From Planctomycetota bacterium (GTDB taxonomy: Bacteria; Planctomycetota; UBA1135; UBA2386): DNA of 64,000 nucleotides. Position numbers and translations under genes: made by a program. Location of the stretch: NCBI GenBank assembly GCA_965228735.1, contig OZ245838.1, positions 1,504,001-1,568,000 of the forward strand, in the 5' to 3' direction. Shown here piece after piece: positions 38,404 through 49,266 of this stretch (positions within the stretch are counted from its first letter, which is position 1; every line of letters begins with the position of its first letter). The notes below the pieces were generated by a model. It saw only the letters and a list, made by a program, of their open reading frames with translations, ran no database searches and was not told the origin of the DNA.

Positions 38404-40359
38404 TCAGGCGCCCTTGCTGTCGCGCTCGAGCGCGAGCTCGCGGCTGAGGTCGGACGACGGCAGCAGTCGCCGCACCCCGCCACGCAACACCGTGAGGCCG
38501 AGCGAATCGACGTACTCGAGCAGCGGGATCAGGAACTTCCGGGACGTGTCCAGCCCGTCGCGCAGCTTGGGGATGTCCAGCACCTCGTCGTTGCCGAGGC
38601 AGTTGTCACGGATGCTGTGCAGGACGGAGCGCACGACCTTGGCGCCGTAGAACGTGTTGTCGACCTTCTCGATCCGGCCCTCGTCCTGCGCGCGGTCGAC
38701 GAGCGACAGCAGCGTGTCCCCGCGTGCGCCGACCGCATCGGCGAGCTCCTCGATCGTCGGCGGCCGGAACGCCCGCGACTCGCAGCATTCGATGAGCTCG
38801 TCGAAGACCTGCTGGCGGTCCGGCGGCAGCGGCTTGAGGCGGTCGAGGAACAGGATCTGGCCCTGCCGGCCCGCGCGGATCCGCCCGGCATCCTGCATCC
38901 GCTCGAACACGAAGTCGGCGAGCCCTTGCGGCAACGTGCGCGTCGTCCGCAGCGCGGAGCGCTTGATCGAGGCCGCGTCGGGGCGGCGCGCTAGCATCTT
39001 CGCGACGGACTCGGTGAGCTCGCGTTCGCCCGCGTTCACCGTCGCAGCGAGGTACGCCCGCATCGCGCGGCGGTGCAGCAGCACGTCGTCGAGTTCGTCG
39101 ATCGTCTTGACGACGTCGCCCTCGGGTGCCTCGAGCGCGTGCGCGAGGTCGTCGACGGTGCGACCATCCGGCCCGGCCTGCTCGAGCTCGTGCCGGATGC
39201 GCGCCTCGGGTTTGTTGCCCGCGGCGAGGATGCCCTCGAGCTCGGCCCCGAGGTCCTTGCGGCGGTAGCGCCCCGACTTCGACAACCGCAGCACGCGACC
39301 ACCACCGACGGTGATCGTCGGGTTCTGCAGCCGCAGCAGGAACCGATCGCCGCCCGCGCACGAGACCTCGTCATCGAGCTCGAAGCGCACCGTCGCGGAC
39401 TCGTTCGCGGACAGGATGTCGCGGTTGAGAAGCAGCAGCGTGCCGCGGATCTCGACGGTGCCGACGTGAAAACGGATCGGCTCGCGATGCTTGAGCACCG
39501 GCGACCGTTTCGTGAGTTCGAGCTCGACGTCGACCGCGTCGCCCGAAGCGAAGACGCCGGGCTCGGCGACGATCATGCCGCGCCGCACGCCGGCATCCTT
39601 GGCGTCGGGCACCGACAGCGCCGTGCTGTGGCCGGCGACCGCCTCCTCGACCTTGCCGCCGTAGGCGTGGATGCCGCGCACCTTGATCGTCTCCCCGACC
39701 GGCAGGACCTCGAGCTCCTTGCCGGGGCGCAACGTGCCGGACAACGGGATGCCGGTGACGACGCGCCCGATCCCGGGCAGCGTGAACACGCGCTGGACGG
39801 GCATCCGGAACGGTCCCTGGGCCTGCCGCGGCTCGACACCGAGCGCCAGCTGTTCGAGATGACTGCGCACCGCGTCGATGCCGTCACCCGTGACCGAGCT
39901 CACGCGCATGATCGGCGCATCCGCGAGCACCGTGCCCTGCACCGTCTTGCGGATCTCCTCCTCGGCCATCTCCGCGAGGATCTCGTCGACGAGGTCGATC
40001 TTGGTCATCACGATGAGGCCCGCGCGAACCCCGAGCAGGTGCAAGATGTCGAGGTGCTCGATCGTCTGCGGCATCACGCCATCGTCAGCCGCGACGACGA
40101 GCATCACGAGGTCCAGGCCGGTGCAGCCGGCGACCATGTTGCGCACGAAGCGCTCGTGGCCCGGGACGTCCACGAGCCCGAGCAGCCGGCCATCGCTGAG
40201 CTTGAGTCGCGCGAAGCCGAGATCGATCGTGAGCCCGCGCTCCTTCTCCTCCTTGAGCCGGTCGGGATCGATCCCGGTCAGCGCCTGAACGAGCGAACTC
40301 TTGCCGTGATCGATGTGGCCCGCGGTCCCGGCAACCACCGGATGGATCGACCGGGCCAT
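38404..40359 (-). CDS. selB: Selenocysteine-specific elongation factor SelB
   Basis: [37 protein letters not shown]-terminal [12 protein letters not shown] winged helix. Confidence 0.95.
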   Translation of the reverse strand: MARSIHPVVAGTAGHIDHGKSSLVQALTGIDPDRLKEEKERGLTIDLGFARLKLSDGRLLGLVDVPGHERFVRNMVAGCTGLDLVMLVVAADDGVMPQTIEHLDILHLLGVRAGLIVMTKIDLVDEILAEMAEEEIRKTVQGTVLADAPIMRVSSVTGDGIDAVRSHLEQLALGVEPRQAQGPFRMPVQRVFTLPGIGRVVTGIPLSGTLRPGKELEVLPVGETIKVRGIHAYGGKVEEAVAGHSTALSVPDAKDAGVRRGMIVAEPGVFASGDAVDVELELTKRSPVLKHREPIRFHVGTVEIRGTLLLLNRDILSANESATVRFELDDEVSCAGGDRFLLRLQNPTITVGGGRVLRLSKSGRYRRKDLGAELEGILAAGNKPEARIRHELEQAGPDGRTVDDLAHALEAPEGDVVKTIDELDDVLLHRRAMRAYLAATVNAGERELTESVAKMLARRPDAASIKRSALRTTRTLPQGLADFVFERMQDAGRIRAGRQGQILFLDRLKPLPPDRQQVFDELIECCESRAFRPPTIEELADAVGARGDTLLSLVDRAQDEGRIEKVDNTFYGAKVVRSVLHSIRDNCLGNDEVLDIPKLRDGLDTSRKFLIPLLEYVDSLGLTVLRGGVRRLLPSSDLSRELALERDSKGA

Positions 40360-40366
40360 CGCGAAC

Positions 40367-41071
40367 TCAGGCCTGCAGGTAGAGGATCCGCTGGCAAGCG
40401 CCGCACTGGACGACGCTCGACTTCCCCATGAGCTTGGCGATGTCGTTCATCGTGACCTTGCTGTAGCAGCCCTGGCAGTAATTGTCCTCCACCGGACACA
40501 CCGCCATGGCGTCGCGCGTCTTGAACAGCCCCTCGTACAGGTGCACGAGGTCTTCGGCGATACCCTCGGCGACCGCCGTGCGGCGCTGCTGGATCGCCGC
40601 GATGTCGTCCGCGCGGGACGCCCGCAGCGTCTCCGCTTCGGCCAGGAACGTCTCGAAGATCTTGCGCTCCTCGTTCTCGGCCGCCTCGGCCGCAGCGAGC
40701 ACGGCCTTCTGCTCGTCGATGCCTTCGATCAGGCGCAGCGCCTCTTCCTGCGTCGCGTCGCGATCCTTGCGCACCGCCTCGATCTGGAACAGCGTGGCCT
40801 GGTACTCGGCGTTGTTGCGCACCTCGTTGAGACGCGTGTTGAGCTTGTTGATCTCTTCGTCGCCGGTGCGGATCGCGTTCTCGAGCGCCCGGGTGTCGAG
40901 CTCCGTCTTCGTCACCCGCTCGCGCGCGGTCGTGGTCTGCGCCACCAGCTCGTCGAGCTTCTTCCGCCGCTTGGCCTCCTCGGCCGGCAAACTGTCGATG
41001 TCCTTCGTCAGGGACCGAAGTTCCTGATCAACCTTCTGCAGCTCCAGGAGCTTGGCGACGGATGGATGCAA
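40367..41071 (-). CDS. Coiled-coil C4 zinc-ribbon protein (CT398/HP0958-like)
   Basis: LLELQKVD, long coiled coil, CQGC...CGACQRILY; start uncertain. Confidence 0.88.
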   Translation of the reverse strand: MHPSVAKLLELQKVDQELRSLTKDIDSLPAEEAKRRKKLDELVAQTTTARERVTKTELDTRALENAIRTGDEEINKLNTRLNEVRNNAEYQATLFQIEAVRKDRDATQEEALRLIEGIDEQKAVLAAAEAAENEERKIFETFLAEAETLRASRADDIAAIQQRRTAVAEGIAEDLVHLYEGLFKTRDAMAVCPVEDNYCQGCYSKVTMNDIAKLMGKSSVVQCGACQRILYLQA

Positions 41072-41428
41072 AGTGTCGTGCAAAAGCCGCGGCATTGCGG
41101 GCGAAGAATCCTAACGAAGCAAGAGAGCCAAACAACCCGACAAAACAGAACAAGAAGGGCGGCGAAGGCGAGCCAGAGGAACCGCGAGGGGAACCCCAGC
41201 GGAAAGACAACCAAGCCCCAAAGCCAAGCCGCGCCCCCCCAGCGTGCCCCGTCTCTCACGCCCAACGCAGTCTTGCGCGGCCGTAGGCCGCTTCACCCCC
41301 GCGGCCGTAGGCCGCGGCACGGCCCTCCGGGCCAGCGCCGGCCGCAGGCCTCCGTCGGCGGTCGCCAATCCCGCCTACCCCCGCGATACCGGTGTTGATC
41401 CCGCCGACAAAAGAGCAGCTTGCCAGTG

Positions 41429-41471
41429 TGATGGGCAGTCGCGCCCCCCAGGGGGGCGCGACTGCCCATCA
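41429..41471 (-). terminator. Perfect 21-bp inverted repeat overlapping the rpoD stop; probable terminator or RNA-stabilising stem
   Basis: TGATGGGCAGTCGCGCCCCCC-A-GGGGGGCGCGACTGCCCATCA. Confidence 0.65.
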
Positions 41472-43157
41472 CCCTGGCAACCCGACGCTGGTATCGAAGA
41501 ACCCGCCGAGCCGCCGCGCCCGCACCGGGTGCTGCAGCTTGCGCACCGCCTTCGCCTCGATCTGACGGACGCGCTCGCGCGTCACGCGGAAGATGCGGCC
41601 GACCTCCTCGAGGGTGTAGGTGTAGCCGTCGCCGATGCCGTAGCGCAGCTTGATGATCTCGCGCTCACGGAACGTCAGCGTGTTGAGCACGTTCTCGATG
41701 CGCTCCCGCAACATCTCGCGGCTCGCCGACTGCACCGGACTCTCGACCGACTCGTCCTCGATGAAATCCCCGAAGTAGGAGTCGTCCGAGTCGCCGATCG
41801 GCCGATCGAGCGAGATCGGGTGCTTGCTGATCTTCATCACGCGCTTGGCCTCGTCGACCGAGACCTGCGCCGCCTCCGCGACCTCCTCGATCGTCGGCTC
41901 GCGGCCCTTGAGCTGCGTGAGCTTCTTGGACACGTTGCGCAGCTTGGACATCGTCTCGATCATGTGGACCGGGATGCGGATCGTCCGCGCCTGGTCCGCG
42001 ATCGAACGCGTGATGGCCTGGCGGATCCACCACGTCGCGTAGGTCGAGAACTTGTAGCCGCGGCGGTACTCGTACTTCTCCACCGCCTTCATCAGGCCGG
42101 TGTTGCCCTCCTGGATGAGGTCGAGGAACGACAGCCCGCGGTTGCGGTACTTCTTCGCGATCGAGACGACGAGGCGCAGGTTGCCCGACGACAGCTTGCG
42201 CTTGGCCTCCTCGTAGTTGGCGTAGGCCTGCCGCACGAACTCGAGGCGCTCCTGCAGTCGATCGATCGTCTCGAGACCGTCCACCTGCATGTCGAACACG
42301 CGGCGCTTGGTCTCGATCGCATCCGGGTTGTTGAGCTGCGCGCCGCGGTAGCGCTGCATGCGCGCCGTGAGCCGCAGCATCTCGGAGATGCGGTTCTCGA
42401 TGAGATCGATCATCGGCCGCACCTTCTTGCCCTGCAGGTTGAGCTCCTCCACGAGCGACACCGCCTTGCGGCGCCGCGAGTAGATGCGCTTCTTGAGTAC
42501 GGCCGCCTGCTTGGTCGCGACCTTGCCGTCCATGAGCGCGCGCGTGTCGTCGCGCGCCGCATCGTAGAGCTTGCGCAACGTCTCGATGTTGCCCGGCAGC
42601 CGATCCGAGAGGTCCGCCTTGCCGATCTCGGGGTCCTGCTGGTTGACCTTGAGCGTGCGGTCGAACGCGAGTTCACCCTTGAGCACGTCCTCGAGGATCT
42701 CGATCGCGTTGCGCATGCCGAAGCCCGACGACAGCACCTCCTTGCGGAACTGCTTGCGCGTGAGCTCGATCTTGCGCGCGAGCGAGATCTCCTCCTCGCG
42801 CGTGAGCAGCGGGATCTCGCCCATCTGCGTCAGGTACATCCGCACCGGGTCGTCGATCTTCTCCGTGATGTCGACGACCGGCGTCGCGATCTCGGCCTCG
42901 GCCGGCTCGGCGATCTCGAGCTCGGCGCCAAGGTCGTCATCGTCCTTGCCCTTCTTCTTGCCCTTGCCCTTCTGGTCGTCCTCGACCACGTCGAGTCCGG
43001 CGTCCTCGATCATTGCCATGGCCGACTCGATCGTCTCGGGCGAACTGCTGTCCTGCGGCAACACGCCGTTCAGCTGCGCGAGCGTCACGGTGCCGGACTT
43101 CTTGTTCGCCTTGATCAGAGCCTTGAGCTTCTTCTGCAGGTCGTTGGGTACTGACAT
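41469..43157 (-). CDS. rpoD: Primary sigma factor RpoD
   Basis: [78 protein letters not shown]. Confidence 0.97.
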   Translation of the reverse strand: MSVPNDLQKKLKALIKANKKSGTVTLAQLNGVLPQDSSSPETIESAMAMIEDAGLDVVEDDQKGKGKKKGKDDDDLGAELEIAEPAEAEIATPVVDITEKIDDPVRMYLTQMGEIPLLTREEEISLARKIELTRKQFRKEVLSSGFGMRNAIEILEDVLKGELAFDRTLKVNQQDPEIGKADLSDRLPGNIETLRKLYDAARDDTRALMDGKVATKQAAVLKKRIYSRRRKAVSLVEELNLQGKKVRPMIDLIENRISEMLRLTARMQRYRGAQLNNPDAIETKRRVFDMQVDGLETIDRLQERLEFVRQAYANYEEAKRKLSSGNLRLVVSIAKKYRNRGLSFLDLIQEGNTGLMKAVEKYEYRRGYKFSTYATWWIRQAITRSIADQARTIRIPVHMIETMSKLRNVSKKLTQLKGREPTIEEVAEAAQVSVDEAKRVMKISKHPISLDRPIGDSDDSYFGDFIEDESVESPVQSASREMLRERIENVLNTLTFREREIIKLRYGIGDGYTYTLEEVGRIFRVTRERVRQIEAKAVRKLQHPVRARRLGGFFDTSVGLPG

Positions 43158-43261
43158 TGGTATTCGGGGGCTCGGCTCGCTCGGGCGGCGGCGTGGGGTC
43201 GCCGGTTCGCCCGTTCGGCACGGGCCGAGGGTTTCATTGCCGGTTTGGGTAGGGTGCCCTG

Positions 43262-43294
43262 GGGTGGGATGCGGGTGGGATGCGGATGGAATGC
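43262..43294. repeat. 11-bp tandem repeat x3 between dnaG and rpoD
   Basis: GGGTGGGATGC GGGTGGGATGC GGATGGAATGC. Confidence 0.75.
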
Positions 43295-43312
43295 GTATAG
43301 GACGCCGGGAGG

Positions 43313-45436
43313 TTACGAATCGGGTCCGGAGTCCGGAGCCTCGGGCGGGAGGGGTTCAGAGGTTGGCAGGGCCGAGTCGACAACGCCGTCCGGCGAGTCG
43401 CCCGCGGCAGCGGCGGCTGCCGACGCCGAGTCCTGCGCGCGTGCTGAACCGACGCCGAAACGCGGCGGCGGCCCCTTCTTGGGCCGGTCCTCGACCGGGC
43501 CCGGGTCGGTCTTGCGCGGCCGATCCTGGCGCATCGCGGCGAGCAGCTGCGCCTGCAGCGCATCCGCGCGCTCGCGGTCACCCGCGGCCATCGCCTGCGC
43601 GAACTCCTGGCGCAACTGCCGGAGCTCGGGCTTGCGGTTCTGCCGGGACCGGGCATCGCGCAGACCGCGCCACAACGCCTCGGCGTCGGGAATGGTCTCC
43701 GACCGCCGCGCCGCCGTCGCCAGCACGGACCGCAGGCCGGCGGCCTCGGTCACGCGCGTGAACAGGTACTTCACGAGCTCGTTGCTCGAGTTGCGCCCGA
43801 GGCCGAGACCGTCGGTCACCATGCCGAGCAGCTCGCGCACGGGCCCGAACTCGAACGCCTCGTCGAGCATGTCCGGGGCCCCTTCGAGGAGCGTCGGGTC
43901 CGCGAGGACGCATGCCAACAGTTCGACCTCACCGCGCGCGCGCAGGCTGACCGGCTCGGGAGCGAGCTCGGGGTGGCCGCCGCTCGCCATATCGTGATGG
44001 CGCGGCTCGGGCGTGCCGAACTCTCCATCGAGCGGCGGCCCGTCGGGCACGCCACCAAGACGCTCCGACGCGACCATCCGACGCCGTGGCGCGCGCGCGA
44101 GCAGCCGCTCGAACGTCGGCTCGGGCACCGCGAGATGACTCGCCATCGCCTGCCGCAACGCGGCCTGCTTCACCGGGTTCTCGACGACCTGCAGGATCTC
44201 GACGCACTCACCGGCGGCCGCCTCGACGTTGACCGCGTCGCTGAGATCGAGGCGATCCCGCAGCAACCGGAACCACACCGTGAGCGAGTCCTCGGCCGAA
44301 TCCACGATGTCCGCGAAGCGCACGCGCTGCTCGTCGACGAGCTCGGGATCATCACCGGGCCGCAGCGCGACGAGATCGGCCGGGTCCTTGATGCCGTCGC
44401 CGGCGTCACTCATCACCGCCATGCGCACGCTGAGCCGGCTGTTGACGAGCTCGCGCATCGCCTTCGCCGCGGCGTTGCGGCCGGCGCGATCACCGTCGAA
44501 CATGAGCACGATGCCGTCGCTCGCGTAGCGCTCGACGAGTCGCGCGTGATCCGTGGTGAATGCCGTGCCGAGCGTCGCGACCGCGCCGCGGAAGCCGGCG
44601 AGGTGGCACGCGATCACATCCGTGTAGCCTTCCATCACGAGCAGCTTGCGCTCGCCCGCGCGCTTCACGTGCGGCAGCCCGAACAGTACGCGCCGCTTGT
44701 TGAAGATCGGCGACTCCGGCGAGTTGAGATACTTCGGCGGCTTGAAGTCGGCGCTGCCCTCGGCGTGCCGGCTGCCCGGCACGACGCGCCCGCCGAACGC
44801 CACGATGCGGCCGCGCTCGTCCGCGATCGGAAAAATGATGCGACCGGCGAACGCTTCGTTGCCGTTCTTCAGCAGACCCGCGTCCTCGAGCACCTGGCGC
44901 GGCAGCTTGCGTTCGCGCGCGAACTCGGTGAGCGACCCGCGGCGCTCCGGATGGTAGCCGAGCTGCCACGGCTCGATCGCGTCCTCGAGCCCGCGGCTCA
45001 CGAGATACTCGAGCGCGTCCTTGCCCTGCGGCCCCATGAGCTGCTGCCCGAGGAACCCGGCGACCTCGGCGAGCACCTTGAACGGATCGGGCCCGCGCTT
45101 GCGGTCACGCCGGTCGCCCCCACCAGAGGCACCGCGGCCGAAGACACCTTCGAGCGAGATCCCGACGCGGTCCGCGAGCACCTCGACGGCCTCGCGGAAG
45201 CCGAGCCCGTCACGCTCCATGAGCCACGTGAAGACGTCCCCGTTCTTGCCGCAGCCGAAGCAGTGGAAGAACTGCTTCTCGCGGCTCACCGAGAACGACG
45301 CCGTGTTCTCCTGGTGGAACGGGCACCGCGCCATGTAGTCGCGCCCCTTCTGCTTGAGCGGGAGGTAGCCCTCGATCAGGGTGACCAGATCGGTGGCCTC
45401 CTTGATGCGCAGTTTGACTTCCTCGAGGCGGTCCAT
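43313..45436 (-). CDS. dnaG: DNA primase
   Basis: CPFH.E.T.SF...[30 protein letters not shown]. Confidence 0.96.
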   Translation of the reverse strand: MDRLEEVKLRIKEATDLVTLIEGYLPLKQKGRDYMARCPFHQENTASFSVSREKQFFHCFGCGKNGDVFTWLMERDGLGFREAVEVLADRVGISLEGVFGRGASGGGDRRDRKRGPDPFKVLAEVAGFLGQQLMGPQGKDALEYLVSRGLEDAIEPWQLGYHPERRGSLTEFARERKLPRQVLEDAGLLKNGNEAFAGRIIFPIADERGRIVAFGGRVVPGSRHAEGSADFKPPKYLNSPESPIFNKRRVLFGLPHVKRAGERKLLVMEGYTDVIACHLAGFRGAVATLGTAFTTDHARLVERYASDGIVLMFDGDRAGRNAAAKAMRELVNSRLSVRMAVMSDAGDGIKDPADLVALRPGDDPELVDEQRVRFADIVDSAEDSLTVWFRLLRDRLDLSDAVNVEAAAGECVEILQVVENPVKQAALRQAMASHLAVPEPTFERLLARAPRRRMVASERLGGVPDGPPLDGEFGTPEPRHHDMASGGHPELAPEPVSLRARGEVELLACVLADPTLLEGAPDMLDEAFEFGPVRELLGMVTDGLGLGRNSSNELVKYLFTRVTEAAGLRSVLATAARRSETIPDAEALWRGLRDARSRQNRKPELRQLRQEFAQAMAAGDRERADALQAQLLAAMRQDRPRKTDPGPVEDRPKKGPPPRFGVGSARAQDSASAAAAAAGDSPDGVVDSALPTSEPLPPEAPDSGPDS

Positions 45437-46019
45437 GGCGGTGCGGGGCGAGCGGGCGGTCGAGCTAGAAGCGTCGAAAACCAGCGGAAACGGTCATTCA
45501 GAGCGTCAGACAGAATCTCGATTGCGAACCGGCGAATCGAGAACACGGTGGAGCGCAACGAGCGATGCCACCGCAGAAACCGGCAACGGAAGGATAGCCC
45601 GTGAGCCCGGGCGGGGACGGCCGTTACATGCACGATCCAACCGCTACCGGCGTGCCGTTACGGCGCCTGCTCGCGAGTCGTCCTACCCCAACCTGCTCAC
45701 CGCCCTCAGAGCTGGCGCCGCCTGGCAGGCCCAGCCCGCGTCCGGGTATGATCTGTCGCTTGTCCCGGGGCCGCTGCGAGTTGTCGAACCTCGCTTTGTA
45801 GCACGGCCTAGGTGCGCGTCAAGGGCCGGTGGCGGAATTCGGTAGCAAGCTGCGGCGCGGCGACGCACGTCGCAGCCGCGGTCCACCGGGCCAGCCCCGC
45901 ATGCCCGGCCCGGCGTGGCCGGGACATCGCCAGCGGCGCGGATCCCGCGATGGCAACGCGGCCTAAAGTGCGGCGGGCGTCCGTGTCGAACAGGTCGACA
46001 GCTACACATTCCCGCCACG

Positions 46020-48089
46020 ATGCCGTCTCCCGAGGCCCCAAGCCCCCCATCGATCCTGACCCTGTTCGAGGCTCTGGCGGACGCGTTCTGGACCAAGGCC
46101 CCGGGTCAACCGCTGCACTGCAGCCGATCGCTGCTCGAGCTCTACGGCGTCAGCCCGACCGAGCTGCAGAGCCAGCCGCTCGCCTGGCTCCGGGCGGTTC
46201 ATCCGACCGACCGCGAGTTCGCCGAACGGTCGGCCACCGAATTGACCGAACGGGGCGCGGCCCGCGCGCTGTATCGCATCGTGCGACCCGATGGCGAGAT
46301 TCGCTGGATCGACGATCAGAAGGCCCTCGTCGAGACCGCGGACGGCCCGATCAAGGGCGGCATCTGTCGCGATGTCACCGAGAAGAAGTCGGCCGAGGAG
46401 CGCTCCTACCTCCAGCAGACCGTGCTCGGGGCCATCGCGACCGGCACCGGCAGCCGCGGCCCGCTCGAACTGCTGTGCCGCGAGCTCGAGCGCATGGTGC
46501 CGCAAGCAGTCGCCACGATCCTGCTGCTCGACGACGAACAGCGCCTGCGCGTCGCCGCCGCTCCCGGCTGCGATCAGGAGCTCAGGGAAGCGATCGACGG
46601 CCTCGTTCCCGGCCGCAACGTCGGCTCCTGCGGCACGGCCGCGTTCACCGGCGTGCCCTGCTACGTCGACGACACGATGGCCGATGTGCGCTGGGAGGCG
46701 CTGCGCGAAGCCGCCGAGCACTTCGGCATCCGATCGTGCTGGTCGATCCCGATCCGCGACCCGGACGATCGCGTGCTGGGAACGATCGCGATCTCGAGCT
46801 TCGTGCGGCGCGCCTCGACCATCGCGCACAAGCAGCTCCTCGAGGCCGGCGCCAACCTCGCCCAGGTCGCGTTGCAGCACGACCGGTATCTGTCGCAACT
46901 GGTGAACGCCAAGACCGAAGCCGAGTCCGGCACGCGGGCGAAGAGCGAGATCCTCGCCAACGTCAGCCACGAGCTGCGCACGCCGCTCACGGCGATCCTC
47001 GGCTTCACCGAGCTGATCCTCGACGGCAACCCACCGGCACAGCTCCTCGACCAGCTCGAAACGATCCGGGACAGCGGCACCCACCTGTTGACCGTCATCA
47101 ACGACCTGCTCGACGTCTCCAAGGTCGAGGCCGGCCGCATCGAGCTCGAGCCCGAAGCCTGCTCGTTCCGCGAGGTCCTGCGCGAGGCCGTTCTGCCGTT
47201 CGAGGACGCGATCGCCAAGAAGGGGATCGAGCTCGAGATCACCGGGACCGAATCGCTGCCGACGAATGCGTTCACGGACCCCACGCGACTGCGCCAGATC
47301 CTGCTCAACCTGCTGAGCAACGCCGTCAAGTTCAGCGAGCACGGTCGGATCGAGATCGAGTGCAGCGCCGAGCCGGCGACGGAGTCGAGCGTGACGGTCC
47401 GCATCGCGGTCTCCGACACCGGTCTCGGCATCGCCGCGGCCGACCTCGAGCGCATCTTCCAGCCATTCAGTCAGGCGGACGCATCCACGTCCCGCCGGTT
47501 CGGCGGGACCGGCCTCGGCCTGACGCTGAGTCGCAAGCTCGCCCGGCTGTTGCGTGGCGACCTGAGCGTCGAGAGCGTTCTCGGACGCGGCAGCACCTTC
47601 ACGTTGACCATGGCGGTCCCGCTGTCCGCGAATACGGCGCCGCCGTCCGCGACTCAGGACGGGAGGACGCCCGCCGCCCCGTCACCCGGCAACCGACTCG
47701 CCTGCCGCGTTCTCGTGGTCGAGGACACGCCGATGCTCCGCCGGTACGTCGAGACCGTCCTGCGCCGGGCCGGCGCCGAGGTCGAGGTCGCCGACGACGG
47801 CGATCTCGGCTGCCGGGCCGCGCTCGCAGCCGAGGAGGACCGCCCGTTCGACGTCGTCGTGATGGACATGCAGATGCCCGTGATGAACGGGTACGATGCG
47901 ACCCGCAACCTGCGCTCGAGCGGCTTCCGCCGTCCGATCCTCGCGCTCACGGCCCGGGCTCAGACCGGCGATGCGGAGCGCTGCCTCGAAGCGGGCTGCG
48001 ACCGGTACCTGTCGAAGCCGACCCGCCCGGCGGAGCTGATCGATGCCGTGGCGCGGCTGTCCCGCGCGGCTCGACCACCGCAGACCTGA
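46020..48089 (+). CDS. Cytoplasmic hybrid sensor kinase (PAS-GAF-HisKA-HATPase-REC)
   Basis: WLRAVHPTDR..YRIVRPDGEIRW; GSCGTAAF, RSCWSIPI; SHELRTP; MDMQMP. Confidence 0.93.
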   Translation: MPSPEAPSPPSILTLFEALADAFWTKAPGQPLHCSRSLLELYGVSPTELQSQPLAWLRAVHPTDREFAERSATELTERGAARALYRIVRPDGEIRWIDDQKALVETADGPIKGGICRDVTEKKSAEERSYLQQTVLGAIATGTGSRGPLELLCRELERMVPQAVATILLLDDEQRLRVAAAPGCDQELREAIDGLVPGRNVGSCGTAAFTGVPCYVDDTMADVRWEALREAAEHFGIRSCWSIPIRDPDDRVLGTIAISSFVRRASTIAHKQLLEAGANLAQVALQHDRYLSQLVNAKTEAESGTRAKSEILANVSHELRTPLTAILGFTELILDGNPPAQLLDQLETIRDSGTHLLTVINDLLDVSKVEAGRIELEPEACSFREVLREAVLPFEDAIAKKGIELEITGTESLPTNAFTDPTRLRQILLNLLSNAVKFSEHGRIEIECSAEPATESSVTVRIAVSDTGLGIAAADLERIFQPFSQADASTSRRFGGTGLGLTLSRKLARLLRGDLSVESVLGRGSTFTLTMAVPLSANTAPPSATQDGRTPAAPSPGNRLACRVLVVEDTPMLRRYVETVLRRAGAEVEVADDGDLGCRAALAAEEDRPFDVVVMDMQMPVMNGYDATRNLRSSGFRRPILALTARAQTGDAERCLEAGCDRYLSKPTRPAELIDAVARLSRAARPPQT

Positions 48090-48187
48090 CGCGAGGATCG
48101 GCGCGCGGCAGCGAGAATCTCCGAATTCTCGGCTCGCTCGGACGCAGCAGCGGCGACGCCCGCCCGCGCGGGCGCAACCGTCGCCCC

Positions 48188-48826
48188 ATGCCGACTGCCG
48201 ACCCCGACCCTCCGGCTCCGACCGCGACCGAAGCGATCGTCCGCCTCGGCGGCCGCGCGATCGCCGCCGGCGCCGCACTGTTCTTCGTTGCAGGCGCCGT
48301 GCTGTCGCCGCTGATGACGACCGACGCGCCCGAGTCCGAGTTGCGAACTTCGACGGTCTACCTCGTGCGGATGACCGTCGCGACGCTGGGCCTCGCGCTG
48401 CTCGCGTTCGGGAGCGCCGGCCTGCGCCCGCTGCTGCGCCCCGGCTTCTGGAACAGCGCCCCGATCGTGACGGCAGCCCTCGGTGCGACGGCGTTCGCGG
48501 CGCTCGAGTGGTCCAACCTGTTCGTGATGAGCGCGATCGCGGCCACCGCGCCCGCCGCACTCGCGGGGCTCGACGAGGCTCCGTGGTTCACTCCGGGATT
48601 CATCGGTTCGGCATCGCTGTTCGCGATCGGCTGGCTCTGGCTGATGATCGCCGCCGCCGTCTCCGTGCCGCACCTGCGAGTGCCCGCCATCGTGGCTGCC
48701 GTTGGCATGCTGGTCACGCCGGCACTCGTCGCGGCCGGCGGCATCGGCGCGATCACCGGCGCCACTATCGTCGCTGGCGGGCTGTTCGTGACGGGTGTTC
48801 GGACCGCGGCGTCGGCCGACGCTTGA
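48188..48826 (+). CDS. Hypothetical integral membrane protein (about 6 TM)
   Basis: Successive hydrophobic helices; plausible ATG. Confidence 0.65.
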   Translation: MPTADPDPPAPTATEAIVRLGGRAIAAGAALFFVAGAVLSPLMTTDAPESELRTSTVYLVRMTVATLGLALLAFGSAGLRPLLRPGFWNSAPIVTAALGATAFAALEWSNLFVMSAIAATAPAALAGLDEAPWFTPGFIGSASLFAIGWLWLMIAAAVSVPHLRVPAIVAAVGMLVTPALVAAGGIGAITGATIVAGGLFVTGVRTAASADA

Positions 48827-48885
48827 ATCCGAGGAGTCCCGCACCGAAAGCGCAGCGGCCCATGCATTGATAGTATGGCACAACC

Positions 48886-49266
48886 ATGGAGCCCGCCGTG
48901 CAGTTGAGCGACATGAAGCGCGCGATCGCGCACCAGCCTTTTCGGCCTTTCCGCGTGTTCGTGTCCGACGGGAGCTCGCACGAGATCAGCGACCCCGACC
49001 ACGTGTTGCTGTTCAAGCACACGTTGATCATCGGCCTCGTGGACGACGGCGAGGACGTGCCCGAGCGGGCGGTCTACTGCGACACGATGCACATCACGCG
49101 GCTCGAGACGGTCGAGCCGGAGCCACCGGCCGACCAACTCAGCGCGTCGACCGCGCGGCCTCGCGTCCGGCGGTCGGGTCGCGCCAGGCGAATCGTCCCA
49201 GCGCCGGCGAGCCGCGCCCCTCGACCGCGTCCGCGATCCAGCCGCCGAGCAACGGCGCGAACTTGA
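48886..49266 (+). CDS. Small hypothetical protein; 3' tail overlaps the convergent gene
   Basis: QPFRPFRVFVSDGSSHEI.DPD...HITRLE; pattern resembles small planctomycete proteins. Confidence 0.6.
   Translation: MEPAVQLSDMKRAIAHQPFRPFRVFVSDGSSHEISDPDHVLLFKHTLIIGLVDDGEDVPERAVYCDTMHITRLETVEPEPPADQLSASTARPRVRRSGRARRIVPAPASRAPRPRPRSSRRATART

Noticed and set aside
45823..45900. tRNA-Leu-like stretch GGTGGCGGAATTCGGTAG
   Set aside because: No T-loop (GTTCRA), anticodon arm or acceptor pairing was found.
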